DNA from: Patescibacteria group bacterium | GTDB lineage: Bacteria > Patescibacteriota > Patescibacteriia > UBA10025 > JAHIVO01 | Direction of reading: 5' to 3' | NCBI GenBank assembly: GCA_028718605.1 | Contig: JAQULM010000001.1 | Location: 19,244 to 83,243, forward strand | Length of the DNA stretch: 64,000 nt | Shown: positions 27,466 to 37,431 of the stretch, in pieces | How the letters are laid out: each line of letters opens with the position of its first letter | Numbering within the stretch: the stretch's first letter is position 1 | Notes under the pieces: model-generated | Told to the model about the DNA's origin: nothing | What the model saw: only the letters and a program-made list of their open reading frames with translations | Database searches by the model: none | Program-made: the position numbers and the translations under genes

Positions 27466-28536
27466 ATGCTAAATATAAACCCATTTACTAATCCAATCGG
27501 ACTCGACATCAGTGATTTTAAAATTCGTTTTATGCAATTTCGCGACCGTAGCCGTGGCAGACGAATTTTACAATCAGTTGGAGAAATTGCGGTCCCGCAG
27601 GGTTATATAGAATCAGGATTTATAAAAAATGAACAGGGTGTTATTTCAACGATTCAAGCGCTCTTTTTACAGCCATTATTTGGGAAACCCAATACGAAGT
27701 TTATTAATGCTTCTTTGCCAGAAAAAAGGATTTATATAAAAAAAATCATCATCCCAGATGTTCCTGAAAACGAGTTACGCGGTGCGGTTTCGTGGGGCAT
27801 AGAGCAATCGATTCCGGTAACCCTCGACGACGCGTATTTCGATTGGCAGGTGCTCAAACGATTTACGGTGAACAACGAGCGAAAGCTTCAGATACTTGTT
27901 TCAGTCGCCCCTCGTCTCTTAGTTGATTCATATACAGTGGTAATCAAGAAGGCGGGATTTGTCCCCGTTAATCTCGAGAATGAATCTCTCGCTATCAGCC
28001 GCGCACTTATTGATCCTGCTGCACAGCTCAAAGGTTCGCTTTTGATTATTGACCTCGGCAAAAGCCGTACGAACCTCATGGTATACGAACAAAATACAGT
28101 TACGTATACAACTTCATTTGAGATAAGCGGTAATGAAATGACGAAGACAATTGCTCACACCATGTCCTTGTCAACGGATGAAGCTGAAAAAGCAAAAATT
28201 ATCTGCGGTTTGGACGCTCGCAAGGCACGTGGTAAAATAAAACAACTGCTTGAAGAAATAATTAATCGCCTTGTATTCAACATTAATGAGCAATTGAATT
28301 ACTACAATAATTACATTGAAGGCGCTCACGCTATCCAAACAATACTGCTTACTGGCAGTGTAAGCGAAATGCATGGCCTTCCGCAATATTTACGGGAACA
28401 ACTGAAAATGACCGTATTGGTCGGTGATCCTTGGAGCCAGCTTGCCCAAAAACAAAAAAAGAATAAGCCGCACTACGAGGTCAATCCATTTTCATTTACA
28501 ACGGCAATAGGTCTCGCCTTAAAACGATTTGATTAA
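27466..28536 (+). CDS. pilM: Type IV pilus assembly protein PilM (actin-like ATPase fold)
   Basis: 356 aa with the N-terminus PIGLDISDFKIRFMQF and an ASKHA-fold pattern. It sits ahead of the pilN/pilO-like genes. Confidence 0.75.
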   Translation: MLNINPFTNPIGLDISDFKIRFMQFRDRSRGRRILQSVGEIAVPQGYIESGFIKNEQGVISTIQALFLQPLFGKPNTKFINASLPEKRIYIKKIIIPDVPENELRGAVSWGIEQSIPVTLDDAYFDWQVLKRFTVNNERKLQILVSVAPRLLVDSYTVVIKKAGFVPVNLENESLAISRALIDPAAQLKGSLLIIDLGKSRTNLMVYEQNTVTYTTSFEISGNEMTKTIAHTMSLSTDEAEKAKIICGLDARKARGKIKQLLEEIINRLVFNINEQLNYYNNYIEGAHAIQTILLTGSVSEMHGLPQYLREQLKMTVLVGDPWSQLAQKQKKNKPHYEVNPFSFTTAIGLALKRFD

Positions 28537-29095
28537 TACTGCGATGCTTTCGCTCAATTTACTAAGCCCTACCGAAAAAATAGACGTTTCTAAAATACGT
28601 TTATTTATCATATTAAAAAGTATAACATTTTCTATAGTAAGTATTCTTTTAATATGCGGCGTTGTCTTCGGTTTTTCTTATTATCTGTTATCCAATAATT
28701 CTTCTTCACTTTCAGCACAAATTGAAGCTGAACGCGTCTTTCAACAAGAAAAAAATATTTCATCAACCGAAGATGCAGTTAAAATTTTAAATAATTATCT
28801 TGCTACTGCCATTGTTATCCAACAGGAATATGTGCCATGGACACGTGTACTTTCTCAGTTTTCCGAAAGCATACCGGCTGATATTACGCTTACTTCGATC
28901 GACTTCAGCACAATAAACCAATCATGCACTATTTCCGGTATAGCACGAAATCGTACCGCTTTGCTTACTTTTCAAGACCAGTTAAACTCTGTACCATTTC
29001 TTACAAACGTAAATTCACCGTTGTCAAATTATACACAACCGGAGAATATTGCATTTGGAATAACCGCAACATTGAATGAAACTATCCATCAATAA
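28529..29095 (+). CDS. pilN: PilN-like bitopic pilus alignment protein
   Basis: 188 aa, single N-terminal TM, positioned after pilM. It overlaps pilM by 8 bp. Confidence 0.5.
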   Translation: MINTAMLSLNLLSPTEKIDVSKIRLFIILKSITFSIVSILLICGVVFGFSYYLLSNNSSSLSAQIEAERVFQQEKNISSTEDAVKILNNYLATAIVIQQEYVPWTRVLSQFSESIPADITLTSIDFSTINQSCTISGIARNRTALLTFQDQLNSVPFLTNVNSPLSNYTQPENIAFGITATLNETIHQ

Positions 29096-29606
29096 CTTTT
29101 CGCCTACCTATAAAGTATACGTCATGGCATCTACGCTTGGTGTAATTGTTATTGCTTCATGTATAGGCTTTTTTCAACTCTATTCCAAAATAACATCATT
29201 GAATTCGCAGATTTATGACCAGCGAGTAGAGCTGGCGATTTTCCAGGAACAACGCATCAATATTGAAAAAACAAAGCAAGATTACAACAAAATTGAAAAG
29301 GATATAAATAAAGTAACGAGCATGTTTATTGACCGGAAGAATATTTATCAGCTTATTGATACGCTTGAAACAATTGCGTCACGACATTCAATTATCCAGA
29401 GCATTAACTTACCAACAGAAGCGACACAAATTCAAACCAACCTACTTCCACTGCAAATCTCGGCACAAGGAACATGGCAAAACTTGCTATCATACCTAGC
29501 TGACCTCGAACACCAAGATCAATATTTTGTCATTACATCGATCAAATTTTCCGAAGTTACCGGGCAATTGACCTTTGTATTTACATCCAATTTATATCTT
29601 TTGTAA
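29076..29606 (+). CDS. pilO: PilO-like bitopic pilus alignment protein
   Basis: 176 aa with one TM plus a coiled-coil segment. It overlaps pilN by 20 bp. Confidence 0.45.
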   Translation: MKLSINNFSPTYKVYVMASTLGVIVIASCIGFFQLYSKITSLNSQIYDQRVELAIFQEQRINIEKTKQDYNKIEKDINKVTSMFIDRKNIYQLIDTLETIASRHSIIQSINLPTEATQIQTNLLPLQISAQGTWQNLLSYLADLEHQDQYFVITSIKFSEVTGQLTFVFTSNLYLL

Positions 29607-29612
29607 AACTCG

Positions 29613-29900
29613 ATGCGTCTAAAAGAACTATCAAAACGATTGCCTACTTTGCTCAGGCGCCACTATAAAATTATTGTATATGCTTTTATCATATGCACCA
29701 TTGCGCTTCTGGGCTATTTCGGATATCAAAATATCTACCTTACTATCATAGAACCAAAACAAATTGCAAGTAATGAAATAATCGCAAAGCGACAGAAAGT
29801 AAATGTCCAGCTTTTTAACCAAATCACTGCTTCAATTGAAACTAAAAAAAACACGAATACAAATTCATTATCGACGTTAAACAATCCATTTGCTGAATAA
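29613..29900 (+). CDS. Small hypothetical bitopic protein (possible PilP-like accessory)
   Basis: 95 aa with one TM. It is the last gene of the pilus operon. Confidence 0.3.
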   Translation: MRLKELSKRLPTLLRRHYKIIVYAFIICTIALLGYFGYQNIYLTIIEPKQIASNEIIAKRQKVNVQLFNQITASIETKKNTNTNSLSTLNNPFAE

Positions 29901-29913
29901 GCCTTCGAATAAC

Positions 29914-29941
29914 TTGACAGGAATGTTACCCGTTGTATACA
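29914..29941 (+). promoter_or_regulatory. Candidate sigma70 promoter for rpmA
   Basis: -35 TTGACA (29914-29919), a 16-nt spacer, then -10 TATACA (29936-29941). This gives a ~47-nt leader to the ATG at 29995. Confidence 0.4.
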
Positions 29942-29994
29942 CTATCTACAAACGTCCGAAGATCACTCGTAACAATACATAAGAAAACACAATT

Positions 29995-30267
29995 ATGGCA
30001 CATGTAAAAGGAACCGGCACGACAAGCCTCGGGAGAGATAGTAAGGCCCAACGACTCGGCGTAAAGCTTTTCGGCGGGCAAGTCGCGAAAAAAGGCAGTA
30101 TCATAGTACGCCAACGCGGATCTGCAGTACGAGCCGGCAAAAATGTTCGGCAGGGCAAGGATCATACCCTATACGCTATACTTCCTGGGACAGTTACGTA
30201 CGCAAAAAAGAAAGTACGATTATTCAATGGGAAGCTAAAAAACGCAACGATAGTTAACGTTACCTAG
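29995..30267 (+). CDS. rpmA: 50S ribosomal protein L27
   Basis: 90 aa, [24 protein letters not shown]... is a canonical L27 N-terminus. Confidence 0.9.
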   Translation: MAHVKGTGTTSLGRDSKAQRLGVKLFGGQVAKKGSIIVRQRGSAVRAGKNVRQGKDHTLYAILPGTVTYAKKKVRLFNGKLKNATIVNVT

Positions 30268-30332
30268 GCGTATTCGCTGATTATACGTTCCCACTGCATT
30301 ACCGCCATCCACAAGGGTGTTCTTTTCCCTGG

Positions 30333-32042
30333 TTAGGCGTGTTTTATATCCCGCGCAGCGTGCCGGATAAATTCAGTAAACAGCGGATGGGGCTGCAATG
30401 GCTTTGATTTGTATTCGGGATGTCCCTGTGTTGCAATAAAAAATGGGTGCATAGACCGCGGAAGCTCGATCATTTCGACAAAGAAATCATCAGCTGATGT
30501 GCCGGAAATTATCATCCCTTTTTCCTCCAATGTTGTACGGTATGCATTATTAAACTCAAAACGGTGCCGATGCCGTTCTGAAATTTTTAGGCTGCCTTGG
30601 GCGATGATATTTTCTTTCTGTTTTCGTGTATCGCTTATCAGTTCGGCTTGATTGTATTTTTGGTAAATTGATGATGCAAGCGTTTTGTCTTTCAAGTAAC
30701 AATCGTATGCACCAAGGCGCATTGATGTGCCCTTGCCTTTAATTATCTGATACTTGCTGGTCATCGGAATATTATGAATAATCGGATTTTTGGTATCTGG
30801 GTCGATTTCTGTTGTGTTCGCGTCTTTTAATCCAACGACATTCCTCGCAAATTCAACACATGCCAGCTGCATACCATAACATAAACCAAGGTACGGTATT
30901 TTTTTCTCTCGTGCATATTGGATTGTCATAACTTTTCCTTCTGCACCCCTGCTCCCCCATCCGATGGGTACAACGATACCATGAGGTTTTCCAATGAGCT
31001 TTACGCCGTGTTTTTCGATTTCTTCAGTGCTTATTACCCTTAGTTTTAATTCTGCATTGTTGTGCCAGCTCGCGTGCTTTAAGGCTTCAATGAGTGCGTG
31101 GTATGTATCAGATAGGCTATATTCGCCCTCGCCACTAAAGTATTTGCCTGCGATAACAATCTCAACGGTCTTGGCCTTTTTTGATCGGATCCGACGCACC
31201 ATATTTTTCCAGGCACCGAGACGCTGGTGACGGTAATTGAGATGGAAAAATTTCAAAATGTTCCTATCAAAATTTTGTTTTGCGAATAAAAGGGGCTGCT
31301 CATAGATCGTATCAAGGTCACGAGCCATTATTACATTATCGCCCGATACATTGCATTTTAAACCAAGAATATACCGGCGCCGCTTATCCAACTCAGCCTC
31401 GCTACGAAGTACTAAGAACTCCGGCATTATTCCCATGCTCATAACGGTCTTGATTGATAGTTGGGTGGGCATCGTCTTCGGTTCACCAAGATGGTGTGGC
31501 ATCGGCACATAGCTGACATGGATATTTAAAACATTACCGGGCATCTTTGCCTTCATAATGCGACACGCCTCGTAATACAGCATATTCTGGTATTCCCCAG
31601 CGGTGCCACCAAGCTCGATTATAATGATATCGTTGCCTTCCCCTGCTTGCTTGATGCGGTTGATAATCTCATCAGACACATGGGGAATAGCTTCCACGTC
31701 CTCGCCATTATAACCAAACGATCGTTCACGATCGATTACCGTTTTATAAATTTGCCCCATTGTCGTAAAATTCTTGTGCCCCATTTCCTTATTCAAAAAA
31801 CGTTCATACGTTCCAAGATCCATATCAGCTTCAAGGCCGTCCTCGCATAAAAAAGGATCGCCGTGTTCAACAGGATTGATAGTCCCTGAATCGATATTCA
31901 GGTAGTTTTCGCATTTAATAACACCAACTTTATATCCACGGTTCAATAATAAATGAGCAATGGATGCGGCTACGACTCCTTTACCGAGGCCAGACAGTAC
32001 CCCGCCGGAGACAAAGATATATTTTGTATGGGTTGCGATCAT
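30333..32042 (-). CDS. pyrG: CTP synthase PyrG
   Basis: 569 aa with the N-terminus KYIFVSGGVLSGLGKG. Its C-terminal half is a glutamine amidotransferase domain. Confidence 0.95.
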   Translation of the reverse strand: MIATHTKYIFVSGGVLSGLGKGVVAASIAHLLLNRGYKVGVIKCENYLNIDSGTINPVEHGDPFLCEDGLEADMDLGTYERFLNKEMGHKNFTTMGQIYKTVIDRERSFGYNGEDVEAIPHVSDEIINRIKQAGEGNDIIIIELGGTAGEYQNMLYYEACRIMKAKMPGNVLNIHVSYVPMPHHLGEPKTMPTQLSIKTVMSMGIMPEFLVLRSEAELDKRRRYILGLKCNVSGDNVIMARDLDTIYEQPLLFAKQNFDRNILKFFHLNYRHQRLGAWKNMVRRIRSKKAKTVEIVIAGKYFSGEGEYSLSDTYHALIEALKHASWHNNAELKLRVISTEEIEKHGVKLIGKPHGIVVPIGWGSRGAEGKVMTIQYAREKKIPYLGLCYGMQLACVEFARNVVGLKDANTTEIDPDTKNPIIHNIPMTSKYQIIKGKGTSMRLGAYDCYLKDKTLASSIYQKYNQAELISDTRKQKENIIAQGSLKISERHRHRFEFNNAYRTTLEEKGMIISGTSADDFFVEMIELPRSMHPFFIATQGHPEYKSKPLQPHPLFTEFIRHAARDIKHA

Positions 32043-32482
32043 TGTTTATTTATTTCCACGTTAAAATTAATTCTTTTGCCATTAATTAATAATGTCGCGG
32101 TATGGATGCCTATAGTTTTCAGCGGCCGCTCTATTACAACCATGGACGGATCTAATGCGATATTATGCTGTGATTTAATTTTTTCGGCAATTCCATCAGC
32201 GCTGATGCCATGAAATAGTGTGCCCTGTTCGCTCGCACCTTCAGTAAACACAAGATTTGATGCTTTAATCGCATCGGCAAGATCTTCAAAAGATTTACGC
32301 TGGCGTTTTGCAGTATTCCGGATGATGGCTTTTGAGCGTTCAGCTTCTGCTTTTGCACTGTTCGTTGCGATTACTGCGAGTTTTTTTGGTATTAAAAAAT
32401 TTCTTGCATATCCGTCGTTAACACGCTTAATATCACCGGATTGCGCGACATTTTTAACGTTTTGGATAAATATTACTTCCAT
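32039..32482 (-). CDS. rplI: 50S ribosomal protein L9
   Basis: 147 aa, MEVIFIQNVKNVAQSGDIKRVNDGYARNFLIPKKLA. It overlaps pyrG by 4 bp. Confidence 0.9.
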   Translation of the reverse strand: MEVIFIQNVKNVAQSGDIKRVNDGYARNFLIPKKLAVIATNSAKAEAERSKAIIRNTAKRQRKSFEDLADAIKASNLVFTEGASEQGTLFHGISADGIAEKIKSQHNIALDPSMVVIERPLKTIGIHTATLLINGKRINFNVEINKQ

Positions 32483-32488
32483 GAAAAG

Positions 32489-32761
32489 TTATATTACAAT
32501 CGTAAAGTTTTTATAGCCTTCATCGCGTATTTCAAATTTCCGAATGACTGTCACGGATGATGAGCCCGGACTCGCACGCAACCACGTCTCAAAATTCTTT
32601 AAATCCAATTTCGTGCCTGCAATACGGATTTCAACGGTTCCATCAAGATTATTCTTCACCGTCCCGCGTAACCCAAGTGTTCGCGCTTTTTCTGACACCA
32701 TCTGCCTCATGCCCACTGCCTGGACTCTCCCGGCAATCAGCAAATTCCATTGGCTATGCAT
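32489..32761 (-). CDS. acyP: Acylphosphatase
   Basis: 90 aa with the signature GRVQAVGMRQMV ... GTVKNNLDGTVEI. Confidence 0.8.
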   Translation of the reverse strand: MHSQWNLLIAGRVQAVGMRQMVSEKARTLGLRGTVKNNLDGTVEIRIAGTKLDLKNFETWLRASPGSSSVTVIRKFEIRDEGYKNFTIVI

Positions 32762-32770
32762 AGCACTCCC

Positions 32771-34030
32771 TCACAAATCAAGTAATTGCTGCATTGCAGC
32801 GTCGAGCTGAGGATCACGATCATTATTATAGTCTTCTTCGGTCAATTGCACAACTACATCAGGTGCGATTCCTTCATCCTGGATAGACCGCCCCAACGGC
32901 GTGAGCCAGCGCGCAATGGATAATTTTAACGACGAACCATCGGTGAATTGCTCATAATCTTGGACAGTGCCCTTACCGTACGTTTTTTCACCGATAATTA
33001 CAGCCCTTCCGTGATCTTGCAAGGCTCCAGCTACAATTTCTGCCGCAGACGCCGATCCGCCATCAACAAGCACGACGAGCTTCATCTCACGAAGGCGCGC
33101 ATTAGATTCAGAGCGATATTCATGTTGTGCATCAATCGTATCCTCGATAACAATAACCTCTTCCTCAAGAAACTCGCCTGCCACTTGTATCGCCGTATCC
33201 AGGTATCCTCCCGGATTATTCCGTAAATCAAGCACCATTCCTACCGGGTTCTTTACTATAACATCATTAATCATCGCCTGAAAATCATTGTATGTTTCAC
33301 TGGTAAAATGAACTATCGACACGTACGCAATCGGATTATTTACAGTGCCTTTTATCGACCACTGGACGCTTTCGACATTGACGACGTCTCTCGTTACATC
33401 GATTTCCTTCAACTCATTTGATCCAGATTGAATTACCGTCAAAATGACATGTGTCCCTTTCTCACCACGAATTAAACCGACGGCCTCATCAAGCGGAAGC
33501 TGGGCAGTTTCCGTGTCATCAATTTTCAATATTCTATCACCATCGCGCAAACCTGCTTTTGCTGCAGGTGTATCCGGTAGTACAGAAATGATTGTCAGCT
33601 GGTCTTTTTTAATACCCAATTCTGCGCCAATGCCCTCAAAAGTCCCGCTGAGCTCCTTCTCGAAACTTACGGTTTCTGCTGGGTCGAGAAATACTGAATA
33701 CGGATCATTGACGCTCGCGACCATCCCGCGAACTGCACCGTAAAATAATTGCTTCTCATCGAGAGGGCGATTAATGAAGCGAGTATTGAGAGATTGCCAA
33801 ACTTCCCAAAATAAATCAGTGTCAACCGATTTGTCAGTGATGAATGTACCGGCATTCGTTAAAATATCGCCTACTGAAAGGTTGTATTGCTTTTGGAGTG
33901 TTTTTACCGATCCATAGTAAAATCCAACTGAAAAGCTGATAATAACAAAAAATACCGCAATTGCGATTATTACCATTCTTCCGATGCCGCTCTTTTGTTC
34001 CGCCGGTTTTTTATTAAGCAAAAAGGCCAT
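32771..34030 (-). CDS. ctpA: Carboxy-terminal processing protease (S41, CtpA/Prc) with a PDZ domain
   Basis: 419 aa with an N-terminal TM, a PDZ domain (GIGAELGIKKDQLTIISVLPDTPAAKAGLRDGDRILKIDD) and an S41 core (VLVDGGSASAAEIVAGALQDHGRAVIIGEKTYGKGTVQ). Confidence 0.85.
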   Translation of the reverse strand: MAFLLNKKPAEQKSGIGRMVIIAIAVFFVIISFSVGFYYGSVKTLQKQYNLSVGDILTNAGTFITDKSVDTDLFWEVWQSLNTRFINRPLDEKQLFYGAVRGMVASVNDPYSVFLDPAETVSFEKELSGTFEGIGAELGIKKDQLTIISVLPDTPAAKAGLRDGDRILKIDDTETAQLPLDEAVGLIRGEKGTHVILTVIQSGSNELKEIDVTRDVVNVESVQWSIKGTVNNPIAYVSIVHFTSETYNDFQAMINDVIVKNPVGMVLDLRNNPGGYLDTAIQVAGEFLEEEVIVIEDTIDAQHEYRSESNARLREMKLVVLVDGGSASAAEIVAGALQDHGRAVIIGEKTYGKGTVQDYEQFTDGSSLKLSIARWLTPLGRSIQDEGIAPDVVVQLTEEDYNNDRDPQLDAAMQQLLDL

Positions 34031-34032
34031 AT

Positions 34033-35289
34033 TTATTCAATTCTTTTGATGGAAGCGCCTAAATTCTGGAGGCGTTGCTCAATCCCTTCATAACCACGAT
34101 CGACAAGCTCAACACGCTCAATCGTACTTTCACCTTGGGCGATCAGGGCTGCAATAATTAGCGTTGCTCCAGCTCGTATATCAAAGGATGTGATTTTCGT
34201 TCCATACAGCGGCGTTGGGCCTGCGATGCTGATGACATGCGAATCAATTTTTGTTATCGTCGCACCCATTTTTTCTAACTCGCTGACGTATCCAAGGCGT
34301 CCTTCATACATCGTTTCAAATATTGTACTTGTACCGCTTGCTTGCGTCAACAAAACTGAAATAGGCGCCTGGAGGTCTGTCGGATATCCCGGATATGGGC
34401 GAGTTTCAATGCGAATTGGGTGAAAAATTGTCGTTGGTTTAACATGCAAGGTTGAACCATTTTCAATTTCATATGATACGTTCGCATGCCTGAACTGCTG
34501 CAAAACAGCATCCAAATGGTCGGGGATTATATTCTGAATTCTGACATCACCACGACTGACAGCGGCTGCTATTGCAAATGTTCCTGCTTCGATTCTATCA
34601 GGTATTACTGTATGATCAGCTCCCTTCAGTGCACGGACGCCTTCTATAGTAATGATATTCGTGCCTGCTCCGCGTATTCGAGCTCCCATTTTATTTAGTA
34701 AATTTGCCAGATCGAATATTTCCGGTTCCGCGGCGGCAAGATGAATTTCAGTCGTCCCTACTGCGCAGACTGCTGCCATCATGATATTTTCCGTTGCGGT
34801 TACGCTCATTTCGTCCAGAACGACGCGTGATCCATGAAGTCTATCCGCAGAAAAATAATAATAGTCCTTATCTTGCGTTACCCTGACTCCAAGCTGCGTA
34901 AATGCTTTGATATGGGTATCAATAGGGCGTGCACCAATTAAGCAGCCGCCAGGCTGTGGAATTTTTGTTTGGCGAAAACGCGCTAAAAGCGGTCCGATGA
35001 CGACCACCGAACCACGCATATGTTTTACGAGCTGATAGTCCGGTTCCGAAGACTTGATATCTCGGCATTCGATCCGTACAATATGATCTTTAAACTCAAT
35101 GTCAGCACCAAGTTTTTTAAGAATATGTACCATTGACCGAATATCCAGAATATCTGGCACATTCCGTATTACAACCACTTGATCGGTCAAAATCGAAGCT
35201 GCAATCATTTTTAGTGCAGCATTTTTTGCGCCATAAACGGCAACTTCTCCGTTCAGCGATTTGCCGCCTTGTATTACAAACTGAGCCAT
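34033..35289 (-). CDS. murA: UDP-N-acetylglucosamine 1-carboxyvinyltransferase MurA
   Basis: 418 aa, MAQFVIQGGKSLNGEV... with the catalytic Cys loop PGGCLIGARPIDTH. Confidence 0.9.
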   Translation of the reverse strand: MAQFVIQGGKSLNGEVAVYGAKNAALKMIAASILTDQVVVIRNVPDILDIRSMVHILKKLGADIEFKDHIVRIECRDIKSSEPDYQLVKHMRGSVVVIGPLLARFRQTKIPQPGGCLIGARPIDTHIKAFTQLGVRVTQDKDYYYFSADRLHGSRVVLDEMSVTATENIMMAAVCAVGTTEIHLAAAEPEIFDLANLLNKMGARIRGAGTNIITIEGVRALKGADHTVIPDRIEAGTFAIAAAVSRGDVRIQNIIPDHLDAVLQQFRHANVSYEIENGSTLHVKPTTIFHPIRIETRPYPGYPTDLQAPISVLLTQASGTSTIFETMYEGRLGYVSELEKMGATITKIDSHVISIAGPTPLYGTKITSFDIRAGATLIIAALIAQGESTIERVELVDRGYEGIEQRLQNLGASIKRIE

Positions 35290-35408
35290 GCGGTATGTTT
35301 TCCTTTCATGTTAGTATTATACCTGAACAAAAAAAAGTGTACAGGAAGGAGGCATTGATATTCATAAAGGTAGACAATTTCTCAAATTTTGGCTATACTC
35401 CATCCATT

Positions 35409-36698
35409 ATGACGATGGTACGCCGAAGAGTTATATTGCTAACGTTTGTAGTTGCATATTGTATTATTGCACCGTTGCTGATTTTTTATGCAATTGGTTG
35501 GCGTTATAATTTTCATAACAACCACATTGAACATGTCGGTGCAATTCTGATCGAAACTAACCCACGTGGTGCCACAGTATACCTCAATGGCCAACAGCGT
35601 GCGGCACAGACACCCGCTACGATCAAGAACCTATTATCCGATAAATATTCAGTTAAACTCAGCAAGCAAGGCTACTATTCATGGATGACCACAATTTCAG
35701 TAACTTCAAGCGAAACAAGCAGAATAACAAATGTTTCACTATTACCCGAGCCCCATACTGATCAGGCCATTGCGGCCCCTGCTGGAATAAACCCCTTTAT
35801 GATATCCCCTGATATGAGCATGTTTGCACTTATGGTGGATAATTCAATCGAAATATTCTCAACGAATGTAATGCAAAGGGTTTCACATAATCAGACGCAA
35901 AGTAAAATTCGTAGCATATCGTGGTCGAGGAATTCAGCCTCTATTCTTGCCGAGCTTGAGTCTGGAATATTCATTGTTATCGACGCAAATACAGGATTGA
36001 TCACCTCTCAGCTTGAATTGCCAGCAAATGAACCAGTAAAGCACGCTGAATGGAGTAACAGCGAAAATGAAATAATTTTTGCTTCCTCGGAAACAGCCAC
36101 GTATAGAATTAACCTATTCCAAAAAACAACTACGAAACGCTTCGACGCCGATCAAATAATATACGCGACCGATCTATACGCATTTCAGCAATCTGACAAC
36201 CGTATTAATATTCTCAACAGTACGGGTTTGCTTGCCACGAATACATCGTTCCCCTTTTGTACCGACCTTCAGGTAATTGATTATTCAAGTACCGTTTCAC
36301 TCATCTTTTGTCCGAGTAATTCGAAACTTTATATTTTCAATTCCGCTGAAAAAACACTTGAGCAATTTGAAACAGAAGTCCGTGGAATTGATATACAAGC
36401 CGGGGAAGATGATGCGATATATTTCAATAAACATGAGATTTTTAAATGGAACATCCAGACAAATAAGAAAGAATTGCTTTTGAGGACATCATACGAAATT
36501 ACATCTGCAAATTCGTTTTTAGACAAAAAATACGTTCTGTTTGTCCAGAATGGTATCATTCGAGCGATTCAGGCAGAGGGACCCGAGCGAAACAGCTATG
36601 ACCTGCCATATAGTAACACTCTACAGGTTTTTGCAAATTCTAGCGCTTCAAACGTTTTAGTGCGAGAAGCCGAACAAATTTATACATTGCAATTCTAG
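35409..36698 (+). CDS. PEGA-domain membrane-anchored protein with a C-terminal beta-rich (propeller-like) domain
   Basis: The start is trimmed to ATG 35409 because the longer ORF (35133) overlaps murA. One TM, then a PEGA motif (ILIETNPRGATVYLNGQQRAAQTPATIKNLLSDKYSVKLSKQGY), then ~330 aa of repetitive beta-strand-like sequence. Confidence 0.55.
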   Translation: MTMVRRRVILLTFVVAYCIIAPLLIFYAIGWRYNFHNNHIEHVGAILIETNPRGATVYLNGQQRAAQTPATIKNLLSDKYSVKLSKQGYYSWMTTISVTSSETSRITNVSLLPEPHTDQAIAAPAGINPFMISPDMSMFALMVDNSIEIFSTNVMQRVSHNQTQSKIRSISWSRNSASILAELESGIFIVIDANTGLITSQLELPANEPVKHAEWSNSENEIIFASSETATYRINLFQKTTTKRFDADQIIYATDLYAFQQSDNRINILNSTGLLATNTSFPFCTDLQVIDYSSTVSLIFCPSNSKLYIFNSAEKTLEQFETEVRGIDIQAGEDDAIYFNKHEIFKWNIQTNKKELLLRTSYEITSANSFLDKKYVLFVQNGIIRAIQAEGPERNSYDLPYSNTLQVFANSSASNVLVREAEQIYTLQF

Positions 36699-37408
36699 CC
36701 CTTTTTCTGGCCCGCGATAAACTTCCCGGCCGCAAGGAGTGAATCAAAGGTACCTGCGTCAAACCATTGGCCATCGATAACGCGCACATCGAGTTCTCCC
36801 AGTGCAAGATATCTTTTATGGAGTTCGGTAATTTCAATCTCTCCACGTGCCGATGGTTTCACTTCTTTTGCGAATTGGCACACCCGATTATCGAAAATAT
36901 ATAATCCCGGGATAGCATAATCACTAATCCACTTTTTTGGTTTTTCTACGATTTGTAAAACATGGTTTTGCTCGTCAAACTGGACGACACCCAAACGCTC
37001 CGGATCTGGCACTTTTTTAGCAAATATTCTTCCGCCACTTTTAAATGATCTGATTGCTTCCGTAAAATTGTCTTCAAAAATATTATCACCAAGAATTAAT
37101 GTGGCATTACTATTATCAAGGAAATCTTCCCCCACGATAAAAGCATCAGCAAGGCCACGCGGTGATTCCTGGATTTCGTATGTGAATTTTGCACCAAATT
37201 GTTTTCCGGAGCCCAGAAGGTGCAAAAAATGTCCTGCATATTCTGGCGCGACAATTATAAGTACTTCTTTAATACCCGCATTCAGCAGTGTCATGAGTGG
37301 ATAAAAAATCATCGGCTTGTCATAAACGGGTAGCAATTGTTTACTTGTAACTATGGTCAATGGCCGCAATCGCGTCGCTTTGCCACCGGCGAGAATGATA
37401 CCTTTCAT
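36695..37408 (-). CDS. rfbA: Glucose-1-phosphate thymidylyltransferase (short form) RfbA/RmlA
   Basis: 237 aa, MKGIILAGGKATRLRPLTIVTSKQLLPVYDKPMIFYPL. Confidence 0.8.
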   Translation of the reverse strand: MKGIILAGGKATRLRPLTIVTSKQLLPVYDKPMIFYPLMTLLNAGIKEVLIIVAPEYAGHFLHLLGSGKQFGAKFTYEIQESPRGLADAFIVGEDFLDNSNATLILGDNIFEDNFTEAIRSFKSGGRIFAKKVPDPERLGVVQFDEQNHVLQIVEKPKKWISDYAIPGLYIFDNRVCQFAKEVKPSARGEIEITELHKRYLALGELDVRVIDGQWFDAGTFDSLLAAGKFIAGQKKG

Positions 37409-37431
37409 AGTTGATCCAAGTCAATTGATTA

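Noticed and set aside
30268-30332. Possible terminator between the convergent rpmA and pyrG
   Set aside because: Only weak, GC-poor 3-5-bp stems (CACAAGGGTG, CGTAT...ATACG) with no clear T-tract. This is not convincing.
35133-35408. Long N-terminal extension of the PEGA ORF starting at 35133
   Set aside because: It would overlap the murA 3' end by 157 bp on the opposite strand. The translated extension has no features, so I trimmed the gene to the ATG at 35409.
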